Shown here one piece after another: positions 1 to 56,300 of a stretch of DNA of 64,000 nt (positions are counted from its first letter, which is position 1; each line of letters opens with the position of its first letter). Below the pieces are notes generated by a model. The model ran no database searches, was not told where the DNA came from, and was given only the letters and a program-made list of their open reading frames with translations. A program made the translations under genes and the position numbers. This stretch comes from Tubulanus polymorphus (Eukaryota > Animalia > Nemertea): contig NC_134027.1 of the NCBI RefSeq assembly GCF_964204645.1, forward strand, positions 1,458,485 through 1,522,484, written 5' to 3'.

Positions 1-713
1 CATTTCTGTGAGCATGACTAGTCAATCACTATGGTCCATTCTAAGTTAGTCCGGTCCGGACCAAAAGGAGCACGAACTAACTAGGCATAGAATGAATGCA
101 GCTTGTGTGATCAATTCAATAGTATGATGTAAGCGTACACAGCGGTAGAACAGACTGTAATTGAAATGTCACAGTATGTGACAGGATATATATGTAAGTC
201 AATAGGGGATTTACACAGTTCTATGCTTTCACGTTTTGAGGACACTTTGTGTTGTTTTCTGCGCGTAACGGTGGGGAGAGGTGAGGAGAGGCGAGGAGAG
301 GCGAGGAGAGGCGAAGAGAGGCAAAGAGGACGAGGAGGTTGTGTCATATTACAGAACGACAAATTGCAGTCTTCGTCCAAGCGATATTTATAGGTCGAAA
401 ACGCTTTCAATTTGACCAAGAACTCGTACAAACTTGTACAATGGGGCGAGATCTCGATTTCGAAACGAATGAGATTTAGAAAGGTAATCTTCACACGACC
501 AAGAAACAGATTGATGTATATACGTCAAACCCTGAAAACTGAAGTTGAAATTGTTACAGTTGAAATAGGAAAGAAAATGTTCAAATCGATCAGTAATCAA
601 CATTAAGATCCTCAGTAACATCTTATACGTTTACGGACTGGTCAAACGAATCAAATCATTATTTCTTGTTAGATAAAACAGTAACTTTGTACTGAAAGTC
701 AGGAAGAGACTTA

Positions 714-43330
<42,617 letters not shown>

Positions 43331-44345
43331 TTCGTCGATTTAAATGAAATTTATCCGGGATTTTTTGTCGACATGCGTTCATACAGCTCCACCTAGTGAG
43401 TGTATCGCGAATTCAGTAGTCTGTTACAAGAGGACGCCACCTCGTGGTATGTAATTTTCTTCGACACGGGTACTTTGGGTTCGAATCCCGACATAAATCG
43501 GATTGCACACACATGCATAGGCCTCGCATGAGTAATAATAATCCATAGCAAATTAAATTATATTCTCGGATTTTCAGACCATTAACTACATCCATCAATC
43601 AATGTTCCTCGCGAAGTAGTTTGCACTTGCCTCAGATTTCATTAGAGCGATAAATTTCAATTGTTATATTCATCGTACTATGACAGGCTAATTGACAATG
43701 CATTGATGATCACTTGTTGGTATCAACGCTACGAATGCCAACAGATCTGTTACCGATGACGGCAGCAAGTCAAAAAGTGGAACTTTTCAGCACTCAAAAC
43801 ATTTTTTTTAAACTAGTGTATGTACAAATGAGACATTAACCAAAATTATCCTGAAGAGAAGCGCTTTAGAAGACTTGCGACAGACCACGTCACCAAAATT
43901 TAAGACAGACGACTCATAGGCTACATCTTGAAATTCATTTATTCATTACAAAAAATATCAATAAGGAATGAAATAGCTTACATAATTCTTTATCTACAAA
44001 TCAACCCATTTACAAAGTGAAGATGACACGACACGGAAAACTTTTGGGACGATAGATGAAAATAAGTCCCCCATTCGTAGTTTGGGACTGAAGTTACTTT
44101 CAATGAAATCTAGCTGCTTGATGCTGCTCTTAATTTTCATTCATTTTTTTTCCTATTTTACATCTAAACATGATACATTATAATAATAATAATAATAGAC
44201 AATACAAATAAAATATGAATAATTATTACTGTACAGATGATATTTACAAAGAAAATGCATGTTTTTTTTTTCCAATTCAAGGCGATTTCTCAATTTTCAC
44301 CGAAGATCTCCAAAGTTCTGACGCCATTTCTTATTCGTTGCGTTT

Positions 44346-47300
44346 CTAGAACGCGTAGCGAGTTCGAATATCTTCAAGTTTTTTCGATACCTGTAGAAAT
44401 AAAAGACTTATGAATTAAATTCTGCCAAGTTCCATTAAGTTCATTATCTAGGTTTCTTCAATGGGTAACACAAAAAATCTCAACTGAAACAGATATGAGC
44501 TGTAGTGTCTTACCTCACTAGGAGTTCTGTCTAACTCATCGGAAACTGTTTTCTGTTTACTCGAATCCATTGATGCAAACATCTCACACAAATCACCATC
44601 AATGACATTCTAAAAACAAGAATTAACAAACTTTAGAACAAATCTCTGAATATCCCATTCATTTCTTCCCCGAAGCGGTTTCAGATTTCAGATAACTAGG
44701 CTCTGAAACCGGTTTAAAAACCGTAATTGGATTTTTTTCCAAAAGATCTTCATGATTTTTACCTTGATGGGGAAATAGTAAGATCGATATGAAAGATGGT
44801 CTCGTCCGCACAACGGAGGATGTTCGGATCTCATGTGCATTTCTAAATGTTGGAAAAAATCATGATCCTGAAAATAAACGAAGAAAAGCTGAATCATTAT
44901 CCGCTCGATAAAGTCTTTAATTCCCCCGAAATCTGAAAATGTGGATCAGCGATTTCATAGTTATAATCATTCACAGTCAGGTGAAACACGGAAACAAATC
45001 ATCATTTCCATATCATTAACAAACGCAAAACTTTAACAGGCAAAAGTGAGTTTAAAATCAATTCATTTCGGATGATTTGACTTCAAACTCAGAACTTAAG
45101 AACTGCAGAATTAATCAACACTTCCGTACCTCATGAGAAATAAACGGAACGAGCATTCCTACAGCGCCGGAGAGAGTAGTATAAACCAGTGATTCCGAAC
45201 CGCCGGGGATTAACGTCGCTCTCTGTAGAGACGTCACTAGTTCGCCGACATTGAAGGAAGCGACAGTATCAGCTTTCTGAGACGCTCCGTTTAAAACACC
45301 TCGATCCCATAGTGCTTTATTACCGGTCGGGTCTTCATCGACGTCATCTGTGACGTCAGGAGGCAGACGGATCTATAAATGGATCAATACACAAACACAT
45401 GAGACAAGTATTGATTTGTTTTAGGCAGGGTGGCGCCACTTTCCACCAATTTTACAAAATCCTTGAGATTTCCTAATTTTCTTATGTTAATTTTTCTATG
45501 TTTTTTGCAAAAGGTGTCAAATTCCTTGAGTTGTCCCCGATTTTTTTGATTCCCTGAGTCTACTTGGTGAGAAACCACCCTGCGAGACTTCAAGCTGAAG
45601 AGTTGATTTGAATAAGGGTCATTCCACCCAGTTATTATCAAATGAATCACGTCTCAATAAGAAAACTTTCATAATCCTAATTCTAAGTGGATCAGTTCTT
45701 GGTGAGTAGTTAAAATACAATCATAGCTTCAACGAGCTCTTTTTAACTATATCATCATTTCCACTAATCGATTTTTTTCAAACCAAACCAAACGCACCAT
45801 ATTATATATATATATTCAACTACTTACGATCGAAACGTTGCCGAATTTATCAGCTCCAGCCATCGTGCCGTAATCCAACATGGCCGCGCACGTAATCCAC
45901 CGAGGGTTTGTATCATCAGCGAACGCGATTAACTGATTCTCCTGACGTTTATAACGGATGAAATGAAAACTCTCCTGAACGTCGCTGACTACGATTCGAT
46001 GACCCATCGTTTGAATTCCAACGATGTAATTCGGCAGATGCTGCAATAAAATAAACATACAACGAGCTTTATTCAAATATCTAGACTTTAATCATCTAAA
46101 TTATCTTTAGGTAAATCTACGATAGATTGGTTCTTTATGAACCATATCACTTCCATATTTCAAAGTACACTTAAGTAATAAATTAAGTAGTCATTAACTA
46201 ATATCATCTGTAAAGTGGATCAGGACACAGTTTCACAAAAAGGATTAAGGCCTAAATCGATTTAAGATAAACTGAATTAACGAAGAAATCAAACCGATTT
46301 AAGAGTTAAACTTTTTTTGTGAAACTGGGCCCTGCGCAATAATTGTAAGCAATCAGAGCTTTAATGCAGATCATATAGTTTGTAATCACTTCCCCCTTAC
46401 AATTTAGACTAGGTGGTCATTCACTGCCATAATTTACCAAAAATTATATATTTCAAGTGGATAAAACAGTTGTAATCCTCATTCTAAGTGGATCAGTTCT
46501 TGGTGAGTAGTTAAAATACAATCATAGCTTCAAGAGCTCTTTTTAACTATGTCATCATTTCCACTTATTCCATCGAACCTCACAACACCCATGCTACGTA
46601 AATAAACCCTTCTAAGAACAATCTCAATTCACTTGAATTGTCATCTTATAATTTGGATAAGTGGTCAAAATAACAATCACTGGGACTTATTTTAAACTTC
46701 AACCTCTACAATTTCATTCATGAACAACCTCGAAATAAATCTACCTTATTTTCACATTTGCGCAGTAATTTCTTCTTCCCGAGGTCGTAGATTCGTAGGT
46801 ATTTACCGGCTCCGACGAGGACTCGACCCTGGAACGGCGCGATCGCCCCCGGCATTTCATCGACCGCCGTTTTATGAAGGAAGTGTAGTTTTTCGCCCGT
46901 GTTTATGAGTTGATACACGTAGAGGTATCCGCCCGGGCAGTGACGAGGATTCAATACGAGATCCTTCACCGTGCCGATTATAACGAACTGATCATCACCG
47001 CGATTAGCAAACTTCACCAGAGCAATGCTGCAATAATAAATCACATAGTAGATTAATGTTTACATATTTTTCACAAGATGATAATGAATTGAAGCTTGAA
47101 CCCAAAATCCTGAAGACATATTGAGAGTAGTAAATACCTGTGAGCCGCTTCATTCTGTTCCAGATGAACTCTATCCAGAGTTTCTCCCGATATCGGGTTT
47201 ATAATACGGATTATCGAAGCCCACATTCCCTGACCGGCTTTAGGCGCCCCGAACGTGTTCTCCGGCAGATTCTCGTTCAGAAACGCGGCTGCCATTTCAG

Positions 47301-50300
47301 CGGCCAGTTCCTGTTCTTCCTCTCCAGCTGCTTCTACCATTTCCTGAGCAAAAGAAAAACGCAATAAATTCAACGTAACAATTGGCAGAGGTTTGTTTCA
47401 TGCCTCACGGGTATCTAATGAAAACATTTCTGACTTTTCAACGCACTGACTGACCTCAGCCATCTGTTGTTTCCTCTGTAGTTTAGTAGCGTCTGTGTAG
47501 GTGTTATGATCTGTTTCAATCATGATTAGATTACTGGATTCGGGATGTATAACGAATCTACGTGGGGTATACTGTAACGGAGTCGACACCTGATTAAACA
47601 CAGCTCCCAGTTTCTCTAACGCTAAAATCCTGTGAAATACAGACAAATATGTTAAATCATTTGTAGAAACAGAAGGGTCAAAGGTTTCTGGACCGATTAC
47701 AAAAGTTCCATGTTAACTCATTGATAATTAACTCATGTTAATTCAAACCCTTACACGAATCTGTGGAACTGGATCCCGGGGCCGGGTTCCATAGTCATGA
47801 CTTACCATATTTTTCGGCCAATAAGCCGATTTTCTAGCCTCAGATTTTTACCCAAAATATCGTGATCGGCTTATTGGGCAGATACGATCTGACATAAAAA
47901 ATCACTTCCCGATCTATGCCACTCTAATGCTCTCAATGATCGTCAAAATCAAGAAAAGTGGTCGATATTTATTTGAGGTAATTATTTACTACCAATTATA
48001 ATCTATTTTGAACTATTTTATTTTTACTTTGATTGTTCCATCACCGCACAGCGGCAATGGTATACATTTATATAACCCGCGAGTTCATCGTACTACCACG
48101 TGTCAGTTCATACATTAGTATATATGCAAATCAGCATTGAGCCGCGTACTGCGTGTATGGCTGTGTGTATAGTAATCTGCTGAGTGAGTCTATATATAGC
48201 AGTCACTCGGCGATGATAGTATACACAGCACTCTCACACATCGACGGGCGCTACTGTCAGCCTCTTAAATCGTCAATTAAGACGAACTAATTGACAAATC
48301 AGTGAATTAAAATCTCTGATGAAGGGCCTCGGCTTATTGGGCGAAGCTTTATGAAATCCATGTATTTTAGGCTAAAAAACTGCCCTCGGCTTATTGGCCG
48401 AGCCGGCTTATTGGCCGGAAAATACGGTAAGTCCAAAATTGGTCTTAAATCTTAAAGAATGATAGCTGTTAGATTAGCAATAGAACTAAGTTGGTCTTAG
48501 ACTGGTCTTAAGTCTAAGCCATGACTATAGAACCGGCCCCTGGAGTTAAAATATCTCAAAACAGCTGTCACTCCAGAATACAGATAGATCGACTCTTACC
48601 TGAGCGTATTGGTTGATATAGCGACGATACCCTCCGGACATTGCTCCGACGCGAATCCAGACGCGTACTCCAGAGTTTCGTACGACAGCGGAGTCAAATG
48701 GAATCGATTCTGATACGTGTAACTTAACCACGTACGACTCGACATCGCTAAAACCTGTAAAATAAAACATGATAAACAACTGAAAATACTTCAGTGGATC
48801 AGACCGATGGTAATATATCAATCATAGCTTCAATGCTCCTCATATATTGTCTAATCACTTCCACATCATTTCATTATGAATTGATAGTTATTAATTAACT
48901 AGTCAATCACTGCTATAATCTGCCAAAAATTAATTCAAAATACTCTAATGATGTTGTTTAAGTGGATAAAATTATCATAATAATCCTAATTCTTAGTGGA
49001 TCAGTTCTTGGTGAGTAGTTAAAATACAATCATAGCTTTGATGAGCTCTTTTAACTGTATCATCATTTCCACTTATCCTCTTAATCCTTTAATCAAAGCA
49101 CTAACCCCACAACACCCGCCGATCTACGTAAAGAAGACCACCTTAAGAGCAGCTTTAATTCACTTGAATTATGATCTTATAATTTGTGGCTTATTTTCAC
49201 ATTTACAGCTGATAATATTAAATAACTTTAATGAAGCCTGTCTCTGACAGCTTTATACGATAATCTTTTGATATTCTATTTGATGTATAGTTAATATAAC
49301 TTACAGCTTCTGAACCTTGCATCGTGATACGGAACAGTTTAACGGGTCTGGAGCCGAGATATCGAGTTCTTGTGTCCGATAATTCACCGGTTACATTGTC
49401 TAAAACAGTTCTCAACAGTACTCCATTCTACAAATACACAATACAACACATCAATTTAACTAAACTATCTTATATTACGCCCCAGTTTAACTGCACCCAG
49501 TTACCAACTCCAAAGTCAACAAGTTCAAACTCAAAACAGTAGAACTGGGTTCAGCTCGATGGTTTTGAGTTTAGAACTGGATTGTTCCCCTCTCAATAAT
49601 TACTGCTTACCTGAAGACCGATATTGAGGAATAAACCTCCGAGGATATTAACCTCGCCGGATTCTTCCTTCGAGTCGGAGTTACCCATCTCGACGACGCA
49701 CAGCGATTCAGGTGGCGCCGGTAGAGCCTGCATACTCAACGGCGACAAACAATCCTATATTCAACAAACACAACATTCGATCATTTAACAGAAGATTTCG
49801 ATGAGATCTCTTATTCTAATTCAATTCATGTATTCAGAATTTCAAGGATTTATCTAATTAAAACAAACTATGTCATCTTGCCAGTTTCACAATCCAAGAC
49901 TAGGTTTAAAACCATTAACTAGCTCTAAAACCATTAACTAGCTCAAACCCCAATTGGTAACATAGAAGGGATAAGTTCCTGCGGGTAGGGATAAGTACTT
50001 ACAGCAGGGTCTAATGATATAATTCTGACAGTATTATCTGATAAACCGACTGCTAAAAATCTCGATCTTTGTTCACCAGGTGGAACTCGACCTAAAGCCA
50101 TACAAATCACATCCGTTGACATTTCTTTACGCTCGGTATATTCATTCAGTTGACCAGTCTAAAAATAGAACAAACAATATTCAGTTGACCAGTCTAAAAA
50201 TAGAACAAACAATATTCAGTTGACCAGTCTAAAGATAGAACAAACAATATTCAGTTGACCAATCTTAAAATAGAACAAACAATATTCAGTTGACCAGTCT

Positions 50301-53300
50301 AAAAATAGAACAAACAATATTCAGTTGACCAGTCTAAAAATAGAACAAACAATATTCAGTTGACCAGTCATCACATTCCAAGTGGGAAAATCCAAACCTA
50401 ATTGTTGATGGATCAGAAACGTTTATGTTTTAATCAATTTTGAAACTCAGGTGAAACACGGAAAGTAACATCATTTCCATCACACAAAAAACTAAAGACG
50501 ACGAAATAGATATTTCTACCCACAAGAGAAACAACGCCTTAGTAGTTTATAATACTTGACCTTAATCATCTTCATCAAATAACTCTAAACAACTCTGTAG
50601 TGGAGTAAATTGATGGATCAGAAATAATGTCAAATCTAGAATAATCTATGGAAGAAACATCTTCTCGCAATGTAATAATCATTTAGTTATCAATAAATGA
50701 ACAGTTTTATCTTCAAATCGCAATTTTTCGATATGAAAACTGATGGATCAGTTTGACTTAAATGTTGTAATCAATTGTGACAATCAGGTGAAACACGGAA
50801 AGTAACATCATTTCCATCAGAAAAAAATATTTCAAATCAAAAATGGTTTGTAACCCTTGGGTAGAAAAATCTTAAAAACCCTTGCGTTTACAGGCAATTT
50901 AAGCCCTTTCAAAAAAGTCAAAAGAAAATATTTTTAACCCTTTCAGTGCGTCTACACCGCAATGCGGTGTATAAATCAGTGATAGATTATGTTAGTACAC
51001 TGCACTGCAGTGTATTGATGTAATTAGTGATTATCTCTCTTGAAAAATGGCAGCACCTGTCAAACATAGTGAAATACTAGTAACTAATGATACACCGCGC
51101 CGCGGTGTAGACGCACTATAGTGGTATTCCCGTTATTCAACACACTAGGGTGGAATTTCTTAAAATTTTCAAATTATCTCCAGCACTATAGGCTATTAAT
51201 GAGTCAGCAGTGAAAGGGTTTAGTACTTTCAGATATGTCCGGGAACCATATTGACACAGACAGGAATCAAGTATAAAGTGAAGTACATACCGGATCCATT
51301 TCGAAGTAGACTAACTCTCCACCGGTTAAAGCGATCACTACTTGTCTCTGATTAACGGCACATTTAACGATGGTTTTTTTACCGGGTGTCTTCCATTCAT
51401 TGACTCGTTTATCCGAACGAATATGACGAATTCCATCGGGATAAATCTACAATAATAAAATTACATTTACATGTTACATCATCTCCGGTACCACGCGATA
51501 GTTTAAACATCATTCATCTAAAATATCGGTAAATATCAAATAATTTTCAAAATGGATGGATCAGAAACGTTAATGTTTTAATCAATTTTCAGGTGAAACA
51601 CGGAAAGTAACATCATTTCCATCACATGTTCAGCGCTAACACAATCACTGATGCAGCCAAAATCTAACACCAGGGCCCAGTTGCACAGTCATGGCTTAAG
51701 TCCAAAAGTGGTCATAAATCTTAAGACTGTTCTTAATTTATTAGATTGGCTATCGAACTAAGTTGGTCTTAGACTGGTCTTAATGCTAAACCATTACTAT
51801 GCAATCGGCCTCTGGTCTAAAGAAATGCTGACACTTACAAAACATAACCCCATAGATAACTAAATCCTCGTACTAATGTCATCATCCTGGCTCTACAATT
51901 TATCAGTGATTCTGAATCCTGTATTCAATTTCCCCAAAACAGTCACTTCAATTCAATCCAATGTTTATTTTAAGTGTCAACAGCCCCTCATTCATATATT
52001 CCATAACCTGCTGACTTGTGACATCATAACCCTAGCCAGCCAATCAGAAACCCTAACCCTAGGTCACCTGACCACCTGTGACATCATAACCTCAGCAGCC
52101 AATCACAACCTAACCCTAGGTCACCTGACCACATGTGACATCTTCAGCAGCCAATCACAACCTAACCTTAGGTAATCTGACCACATGTGACATGAAACCC
52201 TCGTAGCCAATCACAGATGACTAGACCACATGTGACATGTAGTCAATGATCTGACCACTGGCCTATGACAGACAGTCAAACACTCAGTGAAGGCAATAAA
52301 ACTTGTGACATACAGATATTGTGGTTGACTCTAAATCAGTCCTGTTGAGCTTATAATTCACTCAGAGAAAATTTTCATGAATTTTGAAAAATAGAATCAT
52401 CATTTTTAGAGTCATAAGTGGCAAGACAAATCACTTATTTTACTGGATTCAATAAAGATTAATCATATATGATTTTTTAATCGAAAGTGGCACGGCTCTC
52501 ACAAATTTCAGTCCCCGATACATAAATGATAAACATACACAGACAGATACAGACCTGAACGAGAGCGTCATCGCCGAGCTGTGAACAAGAGAGGGTCGGC
52601 GTCGTACCGAGGAATCCTGAATCTGTCACCTCTTCAACTGTTTCACCGATTGATAAAACCAACGTAGCATTTACGAATGACACGATAATATAAGCATCGA
52701 ATTCCTCTACAATGATAAAATACATTAGCAATAAAACATGGGTTCTTCTATAAACGATTATTCAAATTCCAAAATTAAACCAAGTTTCTGTCCGTAACTG
52801 TGTGCATTCTGTTCACACAACGAACTGCGGTTTCTATCCATCAACCGACTGAGTTGAGATACATTCGGACACAATTCGTAGGGGTTTTCACTTATGGATA
52901 AGACTGCTAAACAAGAACCCCTGCTGCAACACGGATGAGCATTGGCTTAACAAGGACTGCTGACAAAACCCTCTCTTCAACTCAAAAGAGTTTCCCCCTG
53001 GCCTCCCCATCCAAAGTAAAATTCTGGTGCAAATATATCGTTATCAATATATTTCCCAATCATTCGAGTGCACGGAGTATATAGTTCTTCAGTTTGTCAC
53101 TAGGTGGCTGTAAGAACAATCTACATTCATTAGTAAATAGAAAGCGTAAAATGTGCAGAAAACAAAAAAATATATCTTAAAACTGGATTGTTTATCGAGT
53201 AGTTTATTTATTGCCTTGCCTGTTAGGAGTTGAATGACTGTTTACAAGGATTCATCATCACGCACCGAGGTGTAGAGTCTGAAATGAGAAATAAAGGCAC

Positions 53301-56300
53301 GGTGATGGACTGTACCAAACACCGGCTCTGTGTATATTAGTGTTGGTTCTATTGGTTTTACTGAAATACAACGTATACAACACAAACTATTGGACACCAG
53401 GACCCAGTAACAGTTCATCAACACATCATAATAAATTGGATTTTATTCTAGTATTGAGATTTTATGCAGACCGCAAACGAATTGTTCACATATATATCAT
53501 ATTGTCAACCATTTATGACTTTTAACAATCAACATCAGTTAGCCGCACAAGCAAGATATGCTCAGTAACCTCACATACAAAAACCTCCATTGACTACCGT
53601 GGATCTGAGTCCTGTCTGTCCTCGCGTTATCCGTTTATCATGTACCAAAGAAATAATCATTTAGAAATTTTGCACATTTAGAAAGTCATGAATAATCTGT
53701 ACATAATAAATGGATGATAAGCGCTGAAGTCTTGAGTATTATCAAATAAAACCTTTCACGTGAACATCAGTTTTTACGACTAATGACAATTTCCACTGTG
53801 AAAAGATTTGATTGAACACCCTTGATAGAATATGAAATAGTCAGCAGTGAAATTCAAATAGCATAATCTAAAACATTTCTTGATTTTTGGCATTTCTAGG
53901 ATTCATGATGTGGTTGTTAAAAGTGCCTAATAGTAAACCTGAACATGTCTGACTTATCCATACCCTATCATAAATATATATTTTTGTAATAATATGAGTT
54001 TTTTCATCATCCTGAAAGTGAGAAAAAGACTTTAAGCAGCTACAGCAGCAGCAACAGATGCTGCAGGCTTTATTAGTTTCATCAATATGAACAATTTTGT
54101 AGAATGCGTAAATAATGAAAGCACAGTTTATCAGATCAATGTCTCCTAATCAGCCCTGTTGAGCTTATGTAACACTCATTGATAAATCATGTTTACAGTA
54201 AAAATATTTTCATCATTTTAGGAGACATTTCAAAATGTAATAAAAACCCTGAATTTAAAAAATAAATAAACCTATGAATTACCTTCGACATTTCTCTTTA
54301 CGGTCCAAACAGCATTCGGATTACCGGGCAATTCTGATTTAGCCATTTCGGATACCTGCGAAAAAAATAAAATATATTATCACAACGCGATCTCATAATT
54401 AATCACATTGATTATCTACTCAAATATGCTCTTGTTATATCAGTCCTGTTGAGCTTGTTTTGCATTCATAGAATTCATGCAAATATGAAGTTGATCATCA
54501 TTTATAAAAGAGCCACGATTGAAACACGGGTTACAATTTTCTTATTCCGGAAGCTATCGAGGTTTAATGATTTTACCTCTAATCCATGACGCAGGACTCT
54601 TAACGTAGATCTGGGTCCGCGACCACAAAGCGCGTATAACTGTGGTGTATCTTCATTAGCGAGATCAGCAATCTATAAAACACAGACACAAATCTACTGA
54701 ATATTCTACAAGCAGAATATATTCTAAAACAATTTTTCTACTGTTAGTGAAAAGTTGACTCTAAATCAGTCCTGTTGAGCTTAAAATTCACTCAGAGAAA
54801 ATGTTCATGAATTTTGAAAAATAGAATCATCTTTTTCCGAGTTAAAGGGCATCACTCCAATTTTGATTTGCTTATTTTCGTTTGGAAAAGTCTGAATCAT
54901 ACAGAAACAGTAATAAAATGTTTTACCTGACAGTGAAGTACAGGAGACAGGCTGTCCATTTCATCAACGATGACCAGATTTTTAAGAGGACGCGGCGCAA
55001 AGAAAAACGTGTCTCCTTCTTCTAAAGGCATCGCGCTGTTAAACTCTGGTTCTTCATCATCATCACCGAGATGAGCAATCTGATACAAATAACTGAAATA
55101 ACAAATTACGAATTAATAGCTAGAAAAACATCTTAAACATCACAATATGCTCTCCTCAGTTTATGGACAGATTGTTTTTAAAGTAGACTCCATTTCTCTC
55201 CGGGACAACCACTGAATTCAGTTGGAGAGGTATGAATCATAGAGTGACGCGTTACTTACTGATTTCCGAATTCCGACGCGACAAACAGGAAACCGGTTTT
55301 TAAAACGCACATTGAACTAGCGACGGGGACCGTATCGAAGTATTTCAGGTGTATTTCCGTCACCATATCCTCGTCGGTTTCTAACGTGATTTTAAATATG
55401 TCGCCTTGCTCCGTTTGAGCCAGGAAGAAAAACATCGACTAAAATTAGAGAATAAAATCTTTTCGATGATTTTTACGATGATCGAAATTTCGATGATGAA
55501 GAATGATTTCGAGAATTTACGTAAAATCTTTGATGGTTTACAGAATATTTCACTGATCTTTTCAGATTTCATTCATCTTAAATGATTGAACAGATTCACT
55601 GGTTTAAGAACTTGAAGTCTGTGGAACTGGATCCAGTTCATTGCTTGAAATTAACTCCAATTGTCTCAGACATGTCGATCATCATCATTATATACAGGAA
55701 CAGTTTTTTATACCTTAGTTTTATGAGTGGCACAAGTGACGAAGATCATTCCTCGTTCGGGATCGTCTAAATCATTTCTGCGTCGAGGAATCGGACAGCG
55801 AATATCCGGCTGATCTCCCAGATTCTTATACGTGATGTAATTCTCTGAACAAATTAAAACTCCACTTGGGCCTTCGTTACCACCGGGCACTGAATCAAAT
55901 ACAAAACAATGAATTCAGACGCATGAGGCTCCTTCAACAGGGATTTAAGCCTTATTTGAGAAAATGTATTCATTAATTCATTTATTCTGATGGTTTTGCC
56001 ACTCTCTAGGACGGTTTATAAGTACTCACCGGCAATGAGGAAATTAGCGTGTTCCTCTAAATGTTCGGAGTATTTCCTAACAACGTGATTCAAACCGAGA
56101 TCCAACTCGTAGTATGTTAACATCTGCTGTGTTTTAATACCGGCCTCACCGCTCGGATCACTATCAGCCTCCTGAAATATACAACATCAATTCAACTCAT
56201 CGAATAACTCATCAATTTCTCTCTCTTCAAGAGACAGTTTCAGAATAGATATTTATTTACCTCGTAGTCAATTTCCAGACAAGCGAATGTCGGGTTTTCA

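Noticed and set aside
50610-50690. Possible fifth family B snoRNA (tgatggatcagaaa)
   Set aside because: Only the stem/D-box end is recognisable; guide and C box are missing.
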